A DNA stretch of 64,000 nt from positions 8,282,043 to 8,346,042 of the forward strand of contig CM082593.2 of assembly GCA_040954595.2 (NCBI GenBank), read 5' to 3'. Within the stretch, counting starts at the first letter, position 1, and each line of letters opens with the position of its first letter. This document shows positions 14,210 to 26,155 of the stretch, in pieces. The position numbers and the translations under genes were made by a program. Below the pieces are notes generated by a model that ran no database searches, was not told the DNA's origin, and saw only the letters and a list, made by a program, of their open reading frames with translations. This DNA comes from Balanoglossus misakiensis. Taxonomy: Eukaryota > Animalia > Hemichordata.

Positions 14210-14526
14210 TAATTATATTATACCAGTATATTGATGGTGTAAATCACGCTATTTGATTGGTCGAGACACGACACGTGACCGTGATATATTAGCCATATAC
14301 CACAGTCATATATCATAGTCAAAGAAAATGCCTTTTTAAAATGTTTTATGCAAAGTTTCAATATACTGGCATAATATAATAGCAATAAAACACCCCCAGC
14401 CATGGTATATCACTCGATTTTGACCAGTTCAACTCCATATACGCACTCGCTATCGCTCGTGCGTATATGTCGTGAACTGGTCAAAATCTCGTGGTATACC
14501 ATGGCTGGGGGTGTTTTATTGCTTAA
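14210..14526. mobile_element. Hairpin-type dispersed element family H
   Basis: Near-identical inverted copy at 38598-38912; contains a ~145 bp inverted repeat centred on CGCACTCGCTATCGCTCGTGCG. Confidence 0.8.
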
Positions 14527-17503
14527 ATAAAGCATACATAACATTGAAACATAAATCAAATATATACAGTGAACACATAAAAATCTGTCAAGTTTTTAAT
14601 GAGATACATTTGTTAATTTCTATACACTGGTTTCTAAATACTGAAAAAATTATATTTTATTCATATTTTAAACACATACTGTATCTTGTAATACTATTTC
14701 TCGCAGGATTACTGGGCGTTTATCTATCGTTTCTGCTGTGTGAGGGCGCCCTTCCAACACAATGCACCCTACATGTACATATTTTTGAAAATCCAATTAC
14801 ATGATTCACTGAATATCCACATGTAGAATAATATAAACGGTGTCTTGTATCAAACATAATTAATGAAAAAGGGGCAGCGAGAGAGAGACTTTGTCCCTTT
14901 AATGTTGAATAATATGATGCCATACCAACACAAAAAACAACAACAACAGGATCTACAGTCACTCAGGGGTCAGGGGTCGGGTCCTTGCGATGCAGAATAA
15001 CCGGGCAAGACAAGTCAAACAGACGACCAATTTCTAAGTTCAACAAATGCAAATTTGACAAGCTGAGGATACAATCTACATCAAAGATCAGCACACATGT
15101 GTACAAATATACTCCACCTCTTAATAATAAAGGCACAGTAACTTGTAACAACTTGTCATTATTCTGTTCTGTATGTCAACTACATTTTAAAAGTAAACCA
15201 GGTATTCTTGACAACTGAACTTAATTTGAGTTGTCAACAAAAATAATGTCCATCACACGTCATTGCAGATAGGTTGAATACAGTACCATGCATTTCAAAA
15301 TGTTTTACAAGCTCTAGAAAAATTCAGGCTATTTTCTCTGGGTATCAACACGATTTCTTGTTCTACTCTTAAAGGGAAGAGGTCGTCGCGCCGCGTGGGT
15401 GTCCCCCTTGATGAGAATATATCCTCCCATACCAGCACAAACCCCACTGCAGTCGCCACGACCTACTAGGATCTTCAGTTGCTGTCATGCCCAGTCTATG
15501 CTACGGTTGGCTGCTTCGTTCATTCTAAGAATGATCTAATTTCAGTGATTTGTGGATGAATTGTAATGTTTATAAACAAACGCAGCGACCCCCTTCACTT
15601 TAAAGAACATAGAGAATTGCTCAGTACATGTTTTTGCTTTTTTAATGCATCACTTTGAGAGTAATCAGCATTGTTACTGTTGAAAATTGAATTCAAGTCT
15701 CAAGGACTCATCAGTTCATCTCTGATCTGCCAACAAAATCAATGGCTGTTACTTATACATGTATATCAAGTCTTTGTTGAGAAGCTAAGCACTGAACATA
15801 TCATAAAGCTATATAGAGTAGAACAAGAACTTGGAGTTGACACACGGGAGAAAAAAATCCTGCCGAAAGTTAGAGTTACTGGGCTGTACGAAAAACAAGA
15901 AGTCATTAATGATAAGAGTAATGAAATAGATCAAAATTATACTGTTATAAAAGTATAATCTGACTTTAAGGTATACAGTCACCTCCAATTTACATATGCC
16001 CATATATGGCTGAAATGGCGTATTTCAGCGTTCTAAAGAACATATGGTGGCGCTCTTTTTTTCGCGTGTGCCACCCACTGAAAATCTGTGATTGGCTAGA
16101 TCTCAATTTGCCATGGTAACTATAGTTACTTTTCCATAGGTGACTGTATACCTTTAATACTTCATGCAAGTTACATGTCATTGTGTGTTTTCTACATACC
16201 ATCAGACTCGACATCAAACCTACATGTACATTTGTACAGTTGAAGACCATAATACATTGTAATGAAAAATTTATCCAGCCTTAATAATCAGAAATCTACA
16301 AAATATGATTTCACTAATAAATTACACTTTTTGAGGAAAACAAGTTCAATATATTACATCAGAAATGTATAAGTATACATACAAGATAAATGGGGTCAGG
16401 GTGGAGTTAGTTTTCAAATTACTGACTAGACATCGTATTATTGAATATAATATAGAATGTATGTGACGAGAGTTTGTCTGTAAATGGAAATGTTGTAGTA
16501 AGTATACCTATTTAATATTGATACATGTTTGAATAGTAGTTTGAATGTTATCGATGCACTTGCTTGAACACTGAGGGCAGTAGTCACACTACAAACAAAC
16601 GAACGAACAACCAGACATTTTACTGGAAGTGGACTGCATATTTATCAAGACGAGATCCACCTATGATGCTCTGATTAATAAATGACAACATAAATTCTCC
16701 ATGTAGAAACCTTCTATGGATTTCTTAAGCAAATTCTACACAGAAGTCTCTAGGCAAAGTATGTTCGAGTGCCTCCATGTAAATTGTACGAGGGTCACTG
16801 TTCACAATGATGTGAAGGAGCACCAATGTTATACAAATGACTAGTACCGGTATATATGGGAGTTCCAAAAGCAAAATCTCTGCATGAGTCTCAATGAAAT
16901 TCTCCAAGGGAGCCTATACGCAAACATTCTATATGAGGCCCTATACTTTATACTGAAGTGTGGATGTTTAACAACAATTATTCTTGAAACTATATACTTT
17001 CATTCAAATATTCTTCTCATCGAAGTAAATCCAAAATCACTTAGAACAAATACCGTGTGGTAAAACCGGTCTTTGATTATAATGTCTTAAATGAGAGATT
17101 TCACCATGACTCTGGACTGTCAGTGAACTACTGTGAAACGGGTTATATTCGCAACAGGAAATTTTTCGCGATATCAGAAGAGGCAACTGTTACGCGAGGA
17201 TTAATTTTTGCGTTCTCATAATTCACTAACTGCATCATTATCTCCGAAAAATATTTTACGCTACTTTTTATTTTCACGTTTTTTGGGCTCTCGCGTATTT
17301 CGCCAACATTTATTGCTCGCGAAAATAACCTGTTTTACAGTATGCAAATGACAGGCAGAGTGGAAATTAGCAGGTTTTTTTTCTCTGATAATGGGTCCTC
17401 CAAAAGATGGCTCATTTTGGGGATAATTGATTTTTTTTTGCTGCGACATACAATATATACCCGGCATTATAACATCTATGTTCCCCAAAGAACTGTCAAT
17501 GGG

Positions 17504-17845
17504 TTAAAGGGACAAAGTCTCTTTTCCCCATTAATTATGTTTGATACAAGACACCGTTTATGTTTTTCTACACGTGGATATATAGTGAATCAACGTTCGA
17601 CCACACCTTCCATCTCGTTTGTAGGATATGAGAGTAAAAATCTCGCCAGAATGAATAAATGGTAGAGACCGATTATTCATTTTTGCGAGTTTTTTACACT
17701 CTCGTGTCTATAAGTGGGATGGAAGGTGTGTGTGGTCGAACATTGATTCACTATATATCCACATGTACATTGACATAAAACGGTGTCTTGTATCATACAT
17801 AATTAATGGAAAAAGGGCAGCGAGAGAGAGACTTTGTCCCTTTAA
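17504..17845. mobile_element. MITE family A, full copy
   Basis: TTAA-AGGGACAAAGTCTC...GAGACTTTGTCCCT-TTAA. Confidence 0.85.
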
Positions 17846-19023
17846 AAATGAACAAAAATAAAAATAAAATCATGTGCTGCTATTGTGTGCACCTCTGGCA
17901 CATTCTCTAAGCAAACAGAATATATGGTCGCATGCAATACATGAAGATCGGATTTTGCTTATGGATTTTTACTTGGATAGTTTTTTTTTCAAATTTGATG
18001 TGGTTAATACAATTTTACAGGCAACATACTGATTACTGAACCCTACACAAATAAGGAACGCCACTTCAAATATGTACGCGCCAATCGTCAGCACATGTTC
18101 ATGCTAGACTATTTTGACAAAAAGATATCAAAAATCTCAATGTAGGGTGATGGCAATGTATGTATCAATATTTTGAGAAGACAGAAGCTAATCTAGATAC
18201 CCAAGTATTATCATCTTTGTGCTGCAATATGTAGCAATAGTACTGATGACAAAGAATGACAACCAAGAAAGTAAGTCACTTTAGATTGGCCACTGCATTA
18301 TATATACAGTTATAATTATGATATTTATCGCATAGGATTAAAGCACATCGCATAGATTCAAAGCACTACTATTTCTATTGGAATGCCCTAATTTTTTAGA
18401 ACATTACCACACCCAGTGTTCTATCTAGACAGGGGCCGGGGGTACTCCTAGCAGTTTATCAAGGGGGGACCAATGCCCGTTATAATAATGTCACTCACAT
18501 GTTGCCTTGGAGATGTTACATTCCCCCTTGCCAGGGTGGAATCACCCCCCCCCCCCCCCTTACAAATATTCTGTCAAAGGGGGACATACCCACCCTATTG
18601 ATGCAATCCTGGATGAAACACTGCACACCCCATATTAGCGTTTCAAATTTATACTTGATGAGTCAATTGACTGGTTGGCCCCTGTTAGTCTGTGCATCCT
18701 GGAGTTGCCACAAACACTGACTGTGTGAATTCAAACAAAGATTCCTACTAGAATTAAATTTTGATGCAGTCACCTTGAAATTTCAAGGATCTGATCTGTA
18801 CAATGTCATGGACTTTTGTACTACTACCAGTTAATATAGATAGCATCTGCACACAAATTATTTCCACAAATTGATGAAATAACAGAAAACTGTGTATCAC
18901 ATGAACATTCTTATGACTAACTCATGTTTATATTGAAAAGATAAAAGACTACACCAACATCATTGATAATAATAATGAATTACTTAACATATTTTTTTGT
19001 TCAATCTTGGGCATTTCATGAAC

Positions 19024-20025
19024 TCAAAACCACACACTATCTACGTCTGTCAGTCTCTTTCCGAAGAGTTCTTCTTCAAATTTGGACAACTGAGCAAGAA
19101 ATCCTCTGTTTGGGGAGACACATGGACGACACTCTTTGAGGTAATTGTATGCATCTTTCAAAGTCCAGCCGTGATACTTGATCAGGTATGCTATGATGAT
19201 TGTTGAGCTTCGACTTGCTCCGAGGACACAATGGACCAGAACCCGGCCACCGTTGGCGATTGCACTGGCGATAAAGTCTGCTGCTAGGGACAGGTTGGAC
19301 ATGATGTTAGAGCGCACATCATCGGAGACTTGGATGTTTAAGTACGCCGCCTTGTTGGGAAACGCGTTGGGCACTTCAGTACTGATATTCACCACATGCG
19401 TGATATTCAAATATTTGAAGACGTCTTCGTCGATGGCATGCTCTCCACTCCCCTGAAACAGAACATCTTCGAAGATCATCGACGGGTAGTTCTTCACCAG
19501 TCGTCTGCGATCCGGTTCACTGATGATGACCTTGTTGTTGCAAAGGAAGGGAAATTTGGCCGCAAACTCTTGGAAGCCACCCAGAATTATTGCAACGTCG
19601 TGACCTCGCTCCCGAATCTCGTTGTAAGTTTTCATCAACTGCGAACTCTCGTCCTGCATCCCCTTGCCGTCCGCGTCGTAGAGATTGACGTAGGAGTAGG
19701 CATCCAGCTTGCCGATTTCCAGCAGGCAGTTGTAATCCGTGTAGATATCTGAATGCATCCTGGCCGTGGTGATGTGAGATTCCTGGTACTCAGCGTTGGT
19801 TCTGGTGTCCAACAACAGCAGGAAATGCTCATCATGAATGAAGGGGTAGCCCAACTCGCCACCAAACTGGTTGTAGAACTCCACGGCCGTCACAAAACCT
19901 TCGGGTCTGAAGACTTTGGGCGGCGAAACCGGGATTAAAAATCCTTCTCTGTCCTGTTCTGGTTTGTGAAACTGTTTGGCATGCATGGTTGGCGAAGAAA
20001 GCTGATTGGTTACCTTTGTTGCCAT
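19024..20025 (-). CDS. STYXL1: MK-STYX/STYXL1-like protein: N-terminal rhodanese (CH2) domain + dual-specificity phosphatase domain, 333 aa, single coding exon
   Basis: First in-frame ATG at 20025 (MATKVT); LLLDTRTNAEYQESHITTA and ILGGFQEFAAKFPFL rhodanese motifs; DSP motifs THVVNIS, VLVHCVLGASRS, AYLIK, PNRGFLAQL; C-terminus FEEELFGKRLTDVDSVWF resembles STYXL1; acceptor at 20130-20129. Confidence 0.85.
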   Translation of the reverse strand: MATKVTNQLSSPTMHAKQFHKPEQDREGFLIPVSPPKVFRPEGFVTAVEFYNQFGGELGYPFIHDEHFLLLLDTRTNAEYQESHITTARMHSDIYTDYNCLLEIGKLDAYSYVNLYDADGKGMQDESSQLMKTYNEIRERGHDVAIILGGFQEFAAKFPFLCNNKVIISEPDRRRLVKNYPSMIFEDVLFQGSGEHAIDEDVFKYLNITHVVNISTEVPNAFPNKAAYLNIQVSDDVRSNIMSNLSLAADFIASAIANGGRVLVHCVLGASRSSTIIIAYLIKYHGWTLKDAYNYLKECRPCVSPNRGFLAQLSKFEEELFGKRLTDVDSVWF

Positions 20026-22618
20026 AGTAATTGCAGAGTTGACCTGTTCTTCACCCAGATGATGTATGGACAAGGCAGAAGGGTTGATGCCAATAGAAGT
20101 GACTTACAACCTAAATTATCACCATTTTCTGTAGAGATATAAAATCAAAAAGACTATTTTAATTCTTTACTGTCACTTGCATCTCAAGAAAAGGTAGCCT
20201 TGCCTTTCTTTAACTTTTCAATACAAAATTCCTTAAAGAGACAAAGTCTCTCTCTCTGCCCTTTTCCCATTAATTATGTTTGATACAAGACACCGTTTAT
20301 GTTATGCTACATGTGGATATATAGTGAATCAACGTTTGACCACACACAACTTCCATCCCGTTTGTAGGATGTGAGAGTAAAAATCTTGCCAAAATGAATA
20401 AATGGTAGAGACCGATTATTTCTTGAGTATTGATTTGTAGGACAGTTGTGCAGCAGTGATGATGCAATCCAAGGGTTGTTGATTTGCCAAACTGCTCAGT
20501 TATTCAAGCTTTATTGTAGAAATTGACCAGTTTCTGCAGTCAGGTAAGACTTATGTACAGTATATAGCCAAGAAATTACATTGGTGCCTGTGGTCATATG
20601 AGAAATCGTTGGTGGCAGCAAGCATTTCCTTAGATTTGAAGGCAAAAATATACTGCAAATTAGTATGTATTCTGTTCTAACCATAGTTCTGAAGGTCTCC
20701 TAAGATGTAATGTATTCGCCCATTTTAAGAGTTTCGCCTAACAATCCAAAGAAAAACAAAAGTCATCATGCAATGGTTTAAACTTACTTGTTTCTTGTGT
20801 AAAATATCCCATCTATAATTTGATAGGCATTAATGATATAGAAACAAACCACTAATACCTAAAGCCGGACTGTTATTATGTTATCACGGACTGACCTTCC
20901 ATTACTCACAAAAGAAAACACCCAAGGCCAGACTAAACTGTTACTTTTAAATCCTCACAAAAGAGTGCATCTAAGGCTTAGTGATTAAACTTACAATACA
21001 AAAGTTTTCTCCAGATGCTCACTGATAATAAGACTAATATCTGTTTAATTTTTATTCAAACATCAAGAAAAATTCAGCTACATGGGGAGACGGGGAGTAC
21101 AAAAACATGCCATTATTGACAGTTTATACAACACTTAGCACCATTATATTATGACTGGCAGGTCAGGTATAACAAAAGAGCAAAGGATATGATGTGGCTG
21201 TCTATGAAGTCATGTATATCAGTTCTATAAATTATAAACTAAATTGATAATTCCATTTTCAACATGTCACTTTTTTCATTATAAATTTTGACAATTGGTT
21301 TGGTTGTAAAACAATTTTCATGCATTTCAAAACTGTTTGAGAATTTTCATCTATATATTAACCAGACAAAAAGAGCATAAAATCAATCATAACACATCAC
21401 CATAAGAATACACAGCATTTATTGATTGATTGCAGACATTTCTGTACAGGGTTACAGCAAGACAGCCCCTTACAGACTGAACCATGTACGATGAGTGAGC
21501 TGTTAGTGTTACGATGTTTGAGTAGATCCTAGACAAATGACTGCTTCACAAAAATGCTACAAGTCATCACATCCTTATCTGTTTTGTTTTGTTTACATAT
21601 TGCTATTGGATCAATCAATACATGATTAAGTTGGCATAATTAGGAATTATTAAAACTTTACTCTGTATTTCCCAACTACTTTTGTTGCATGTCTACTTCT
21701 GCATGCAAATCAAGCAACATTGTCTAGTACATGTATAAGGGTCACCAGACATTGCACATGTATTGTATCTGATGAACAGCAACAAAATTTACAAAATGAT
21801 CTGTAAACACCCACACCGTCAACTATTTTCACATTTCTGGAAAATATCACTGCTTCAAATAATGATGACTGAGTTAATGGCTCGTTTTTATTTTATTTTA
21901 GTAGAGGTGTTAGACATTTTCTAAAGAAGCAAGGTCAGACAAGTCTACACTGTACCATTGCAAATGGTCAGGTCACGAAAACACTGACATGGGCGCCTGG
22001 TTTGGCATTGGACGCAGTTTAGTCGTTAAACCGATCGATGTTAATTTACCATCACAGAAAAAAATATCTTGAGACAAAAAAAATGACCTGACGTAGTGGA
22101 AACATAGGTAAAATTCTCACTTTTCATTTTCTGGTCGATATTAAACGACCTTCAGACACTTGTTATACTATAAATAGCATCATTTACGTTGGTTATTGTG
22201 TCTGCAGCAATACGTAAGGAGTGATGACCTCGTTCTATTATCGACGCCCCCATCAGGTGAGATTTGTATTGCTGGAGATTATTTTCAGATCACAACATTA
22301 AATGGCCCCAAAATTTCCCCAAGTGCTAGGTCGGAGATTTCTCTTAACCACCCGACGCGTTCATTCTAGCAGACAGTCGAGGTCGGTCAGTGACATTACT
22401 TTGAATTGCAGCGACGCGACGATATCGTCTGAATGAAACCTTCGAAAGCGTAGTGCAAACTGCAAGCGGCGACCCCAGAAAACTCGGGGAGTTTATCTCC
22501 TTTTGCTCGTGTTTAGACACACGTAGTTCACATACCGCTTTGCAATATAATGACGCTGCTAACGCCAACTCGACAGGATAGTACAAATTAAACCAATAAA
22601 TGAATTCACAGCACTAAC

Positions 22619-22670
22619 CTTGCCAGTTTCAGACGTTAGACGTTCACAGTGCCCGCCATGTTTCGTTTCA
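22619..22670 (-). other. Probable non-coding first exon of the STYXL1-like gene (5' end approximate)
   Basis: CpG-rich region, YY1-like AACATGGCG, donor AAG|GTTAGT at 22618 that can join the acceptor at 20129. Confidence 0.5.
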
Positions 22671-23010
22671 GGTGCTCGTGACCTTTGACCTCGAAGAAAA
22701 TACCCAAGATTCTATGCATGACCTGAATTCCGTGATTCACTCTCATCACGATCACTGGAAAGATCTCGGTCTCTGGAAAACAGTAGTTGTGATCATAGAA
22801 GTGAAGTTTTACTTTGGCAGCTTCTTGTGGAGGTAACGTATGTCATGTCTGTGTTTTATTTATTTATATGAATCCAGTGTCACTCCCGTGGAAGAGATGT
22901 ATGTCCCAGAATACGTTAGTTTTCCAAGGGCTTCCGTGATGGTGAGGATGAACTATTTAAAATACAGGGAGTGACCCAGGTCGTAGCGTTCCCAAAACCG
23001 GAAGTCGTTT
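22650..23010. promoter_or_regulatory. Bidirectional promoter STYXL1-like / annexin
   Basis: Divergent donors at 22618 (-) and 22833 (+); perfect DR1 TGACCTTTGACCT 22679-22691; YY1-like motif ~22654-22662; ETS ACCGGAAGT 22997-23005; locally CpG-rich. Confidence 0.55.
22720..22832 (+). other. Probable non-coding first exon of the annexin gene (5' end approximate)
   Basis: Donor GAG|GTAACG at 22833; next acceptor TTCCAG at 25911-25912 lies 18 nt before the annexin ATG. Confidence 0.5.
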
Positions 23011-24027
23011 GTTGTGGCTTCGTAATACGCTATGCTATGTTCGTATTTTATTATTGTAAGGTGGCCGAAAACGATAAATCAGAAGCTTAGACGATCTCCC
23101 GGTTTCGCGTCAGACGATCACTTACGGTATGTTCGGGCCTGACCATCCCCCACTACAGTTGGGTATGGCCAGGCCCGAACAACATAGCGGGCGTGGCAGC
23201 TTGTCGACCGCTGTACTGTAAGGGCTCGAATATGACAATTATTCTGCAGAACCTAAACCCTAACTGTTGAATTTACCATAACCCTAACCTGTCAACAAAC
23301 AAACAAACACGTTTTTATTTAATATATCAATCAATAACAACAACAAACAAACATAAACACTACAAACAAGGAGGAAGAGCTGGTTTGCACAGTTGAACAT
23401 TTTCTGGAGAAAGTCTCACTTGTGGCTCTGCTGAAACCATTGTCAAAACTGTATCAAGGATAGTGTGACCATACACCATAGTCAGTATTTTTGCTAAGGT
23501 TGGGTAACATTGGTAAATGACTGGGGAACCTTGATAACATTTTCCTTGGTAAAACATGTACATCAATGGTGTGACATATATCCATGATCAAACTGGTGAT
23601 TCAATATCAAATTATACATTAATGGGTTATGTGCATTATAAATAACCTGCATGTGATTATTATGCAGGTTATGACTGTATAATAAGTACATGAGTTAGTT
23701 AAGACATTAATCTTTGCATCGATCGTACCAGATGATAGTAAAATGATCATCAGTCTTAAGATATGAACATATCTGTAAATCATTAGTTATAACTCTACAG
23801 CTTCATAGCTCATAGGATGGCTGCCATTGCTGCCATTGCTGGTAGGAGATTTTGGATGCAAGAAGAGTAAAGAACAAGATAATTATATGAAACAACCCTA
23901 AGCAATACTAATTGACTGTCTGCCCCTGGTACATATACCACCATGATTTGACATTTGTTCTTTCATGAATGAGAGTACCAGTAACTCTACAAATTCAGTG
24001 TGGTATTTAAACGTGGACAGATGTGCC

Positions 24028-24371
24028 AAGTCTCTCTCTCGCTGCCCTTTTTCCATTAATTATATTTGATACAAGACACTGTTTATGTTATTCTACATGT
24101 GGATTTATAGTGAATCAACGTATGACCATACACAACTTCCATCCAGTTTGTAGGATATGAGAGTAAAAATCTCACCAAAATGAATAAACGGTAGAGATCT
24201 ATTATTCATTTTGGCGAGTTTTTCACTCCCATGTCTACAAGTGGGATGGAAGTTGTGTGTGGTCGAACATTGATTCACTATATATCCACATGTAGAATAA
24301 CATTAACGGTGTCTTGTATCAAACATAACTAATGGAAAAAAGGGCAGCGAGAGAGAGACTTTGTCCCTTAA
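24028..24371. mobile_element. MITE family A copy
   Basis: Same palindromic sequence, left end clipped. Confidence 0.82.
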
Positions 24372-24738
24372 TATCTGCCAATATGACGTTTCAGAAATGA
24401 AAACATTTTGTGAAAAGAAACTCTTAGCATACATTTTTCTGAGTCATTTGGTTTAAATAATTCTGAATGTCAGCTGCTGTCTCTACCAGTCTATACTGAT
24501 TAATGGACATGATAATACCTGGTAATTCAATGGTTATTGCCAAATTTATGAAGCTATAAAATGGCTTCTGTATGTAACATCTGTATCTGAACAAAATAGT
24601 TATAAATTTCTAAGACCTAGATCAAACCACATCTGGTGTTAGCCGATACAGTGAAAACAATGCTGTATACCTATACTGTGACATTAGAAGAAGTTGAGTT
24701 TGTGACAATGACAATAGAAATCATGTGACTAATACATG

Positions 24739-24950
24739 TACAGTAAAACAGGTTATTTTCACGAGCAATAAATTTTCGCGAAATACGCGAGAGCCAAAAC
24801 AACGTGAAAATAAAAAGTCGCGTAAAAATGTTTTTCGGGGATAACATTATGCAGTGAAATACGAGAATGCGAAAATTAACCCTCGCGTAACAGTTGCCTC
24901 TTTTGATATCGTGAAAATTTCCTGTCGCGAAAAATAACCGTTTTACAGTA
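24739..24950. mobile_element. TA-flanked MITE family E (~210 bp, C[T/A]GTAAAAC termini; Tc1/mariner-like)
   Basis: Copies at 7829-8038, 17129-17342, 25628-25843, 44334-44544, 57711-57925, partial at 30849-30900 and 63914-64000. Confidence 0.8.
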
Positions 24951-25930
24951 TTGCAAACAGTATTAACTTTGTCTTATCATACAATCCAATTTATATCTTT
25001 TGCACCCAGGCCTGCAATTATGTCCAAGGACTGATTGTTGATGACTTTAGTGGCATAAAAATTATTGACACCCTCTACATTTGTATGACAGTCACATTTT
25101 TTCAACATCTGATATATTAAGAAATATTTGCATATTTTTTCATATATAAAAGTGATTTAGGACTGACAGGCAAACAAAAGAATTGTGTCAACAGAATCTA
25201 CAGACCTACAGTTTTATTACATAACATGTTTACATATAGGTGTGTACTGTAGTTTGTACAAGCTTCCCACAATTCATTGTTTTTCAACGTGTTTCTGAGG
25301 TATGTGCTTGTCATGTGTGGTGTTCAACATAACCAGGGTAACGTACTGTGTTTCAAAGCATTCATGTGAAATCGGTCTTTATATCAATTATATTACCATT
25401 CAACTAGGGCAAGAAAATGCCTGTCTGCCTGCAATACTGGGCCTTAGCCTTGTTTGAGCAATGTGAACGGCCTAACAGACACATCCTGAAATCTGTTTGT
25501 GGGTTTCTGGCTGTGAGCACTGATCTCTGGTTTGTTTGTGTTTTACCTGTTTTGAAATTCCAAGAATCAGTGAACAAATAAATGTCAGTACCAGTAATAG
25601 AAAGATGGTGCTTGTCTATACATGTAGTACTGTAAAACGGGTTATTTTTGCGACAGGGAATTTTCGCGCTATCAAAAGAGGCAACTGTAACGCAAGGATT
25701 AATTTTGGCATCCTCATAATTCACTAACTGCATCGTTATCTCTAAAAAAAATTATGCGACTTTTTATTTTCACTTTTTTTTTTGCTCTTGCGTATTTCAC
25801 GAAAATTTATTGCTCGCTATTAAAAATAACCCGTTTTACAGTATGGACTGGTATATGAAGGACTGATAACTCTACCGCGCACGTTTCAAATTTTTCTTTG
25901 ATTTCCTTCCAGAGCTAGCAGAGTAGCAGA

Positions 25931-26155
25931 ATGAGTTATCCTCCATATGGTGGTGGTTACCCACCTCAACAACCAGGTGGTTACCCACCGCAACAACCAG
26001 GTGGTGGCTACCCACCGCAACAACCAGGTGGCGGTTACCCTCCGCAACAACCAGGTGGTGGCTACCCTCCACAACCAGGTGCATATCCACCAAGCCAACC
26101 AGGTGGTTACCCCCCTCAACCTGGCGGTTATCCAACTGGACAGCAAACCTATCCT
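25931..26155 (+). CDS. ANXA11: Annexin coding exon 1 (GGYPPQQPG repeats)
   Basis: ATG 25931, donor GTAAGT 26156, 225 nt, phase 0. Confidence 0.88.

Noticed and set aside
20026-20073. ORF-track N-terminal extension MSIHHLGEEQ of the phosphatase
   Set aside because: Starts at a TTG; the first in-frame ATG in this eukaryotic gene is at 20025.
20101-20128. Strong-looking minus-strand donor GTAAGT at 20107 defining a 21-nt micro-exon
   Set aside because: No good acceptor between it and the ATG at 20025; cannot be supported without transcripts.
23250-23290. AACCCTAAC telomere-like motifs next to a small hairpin at 23130-23181
   Set aside because: Only two or three scattered units; more likely a repeat remnant than an interstitial telomere.
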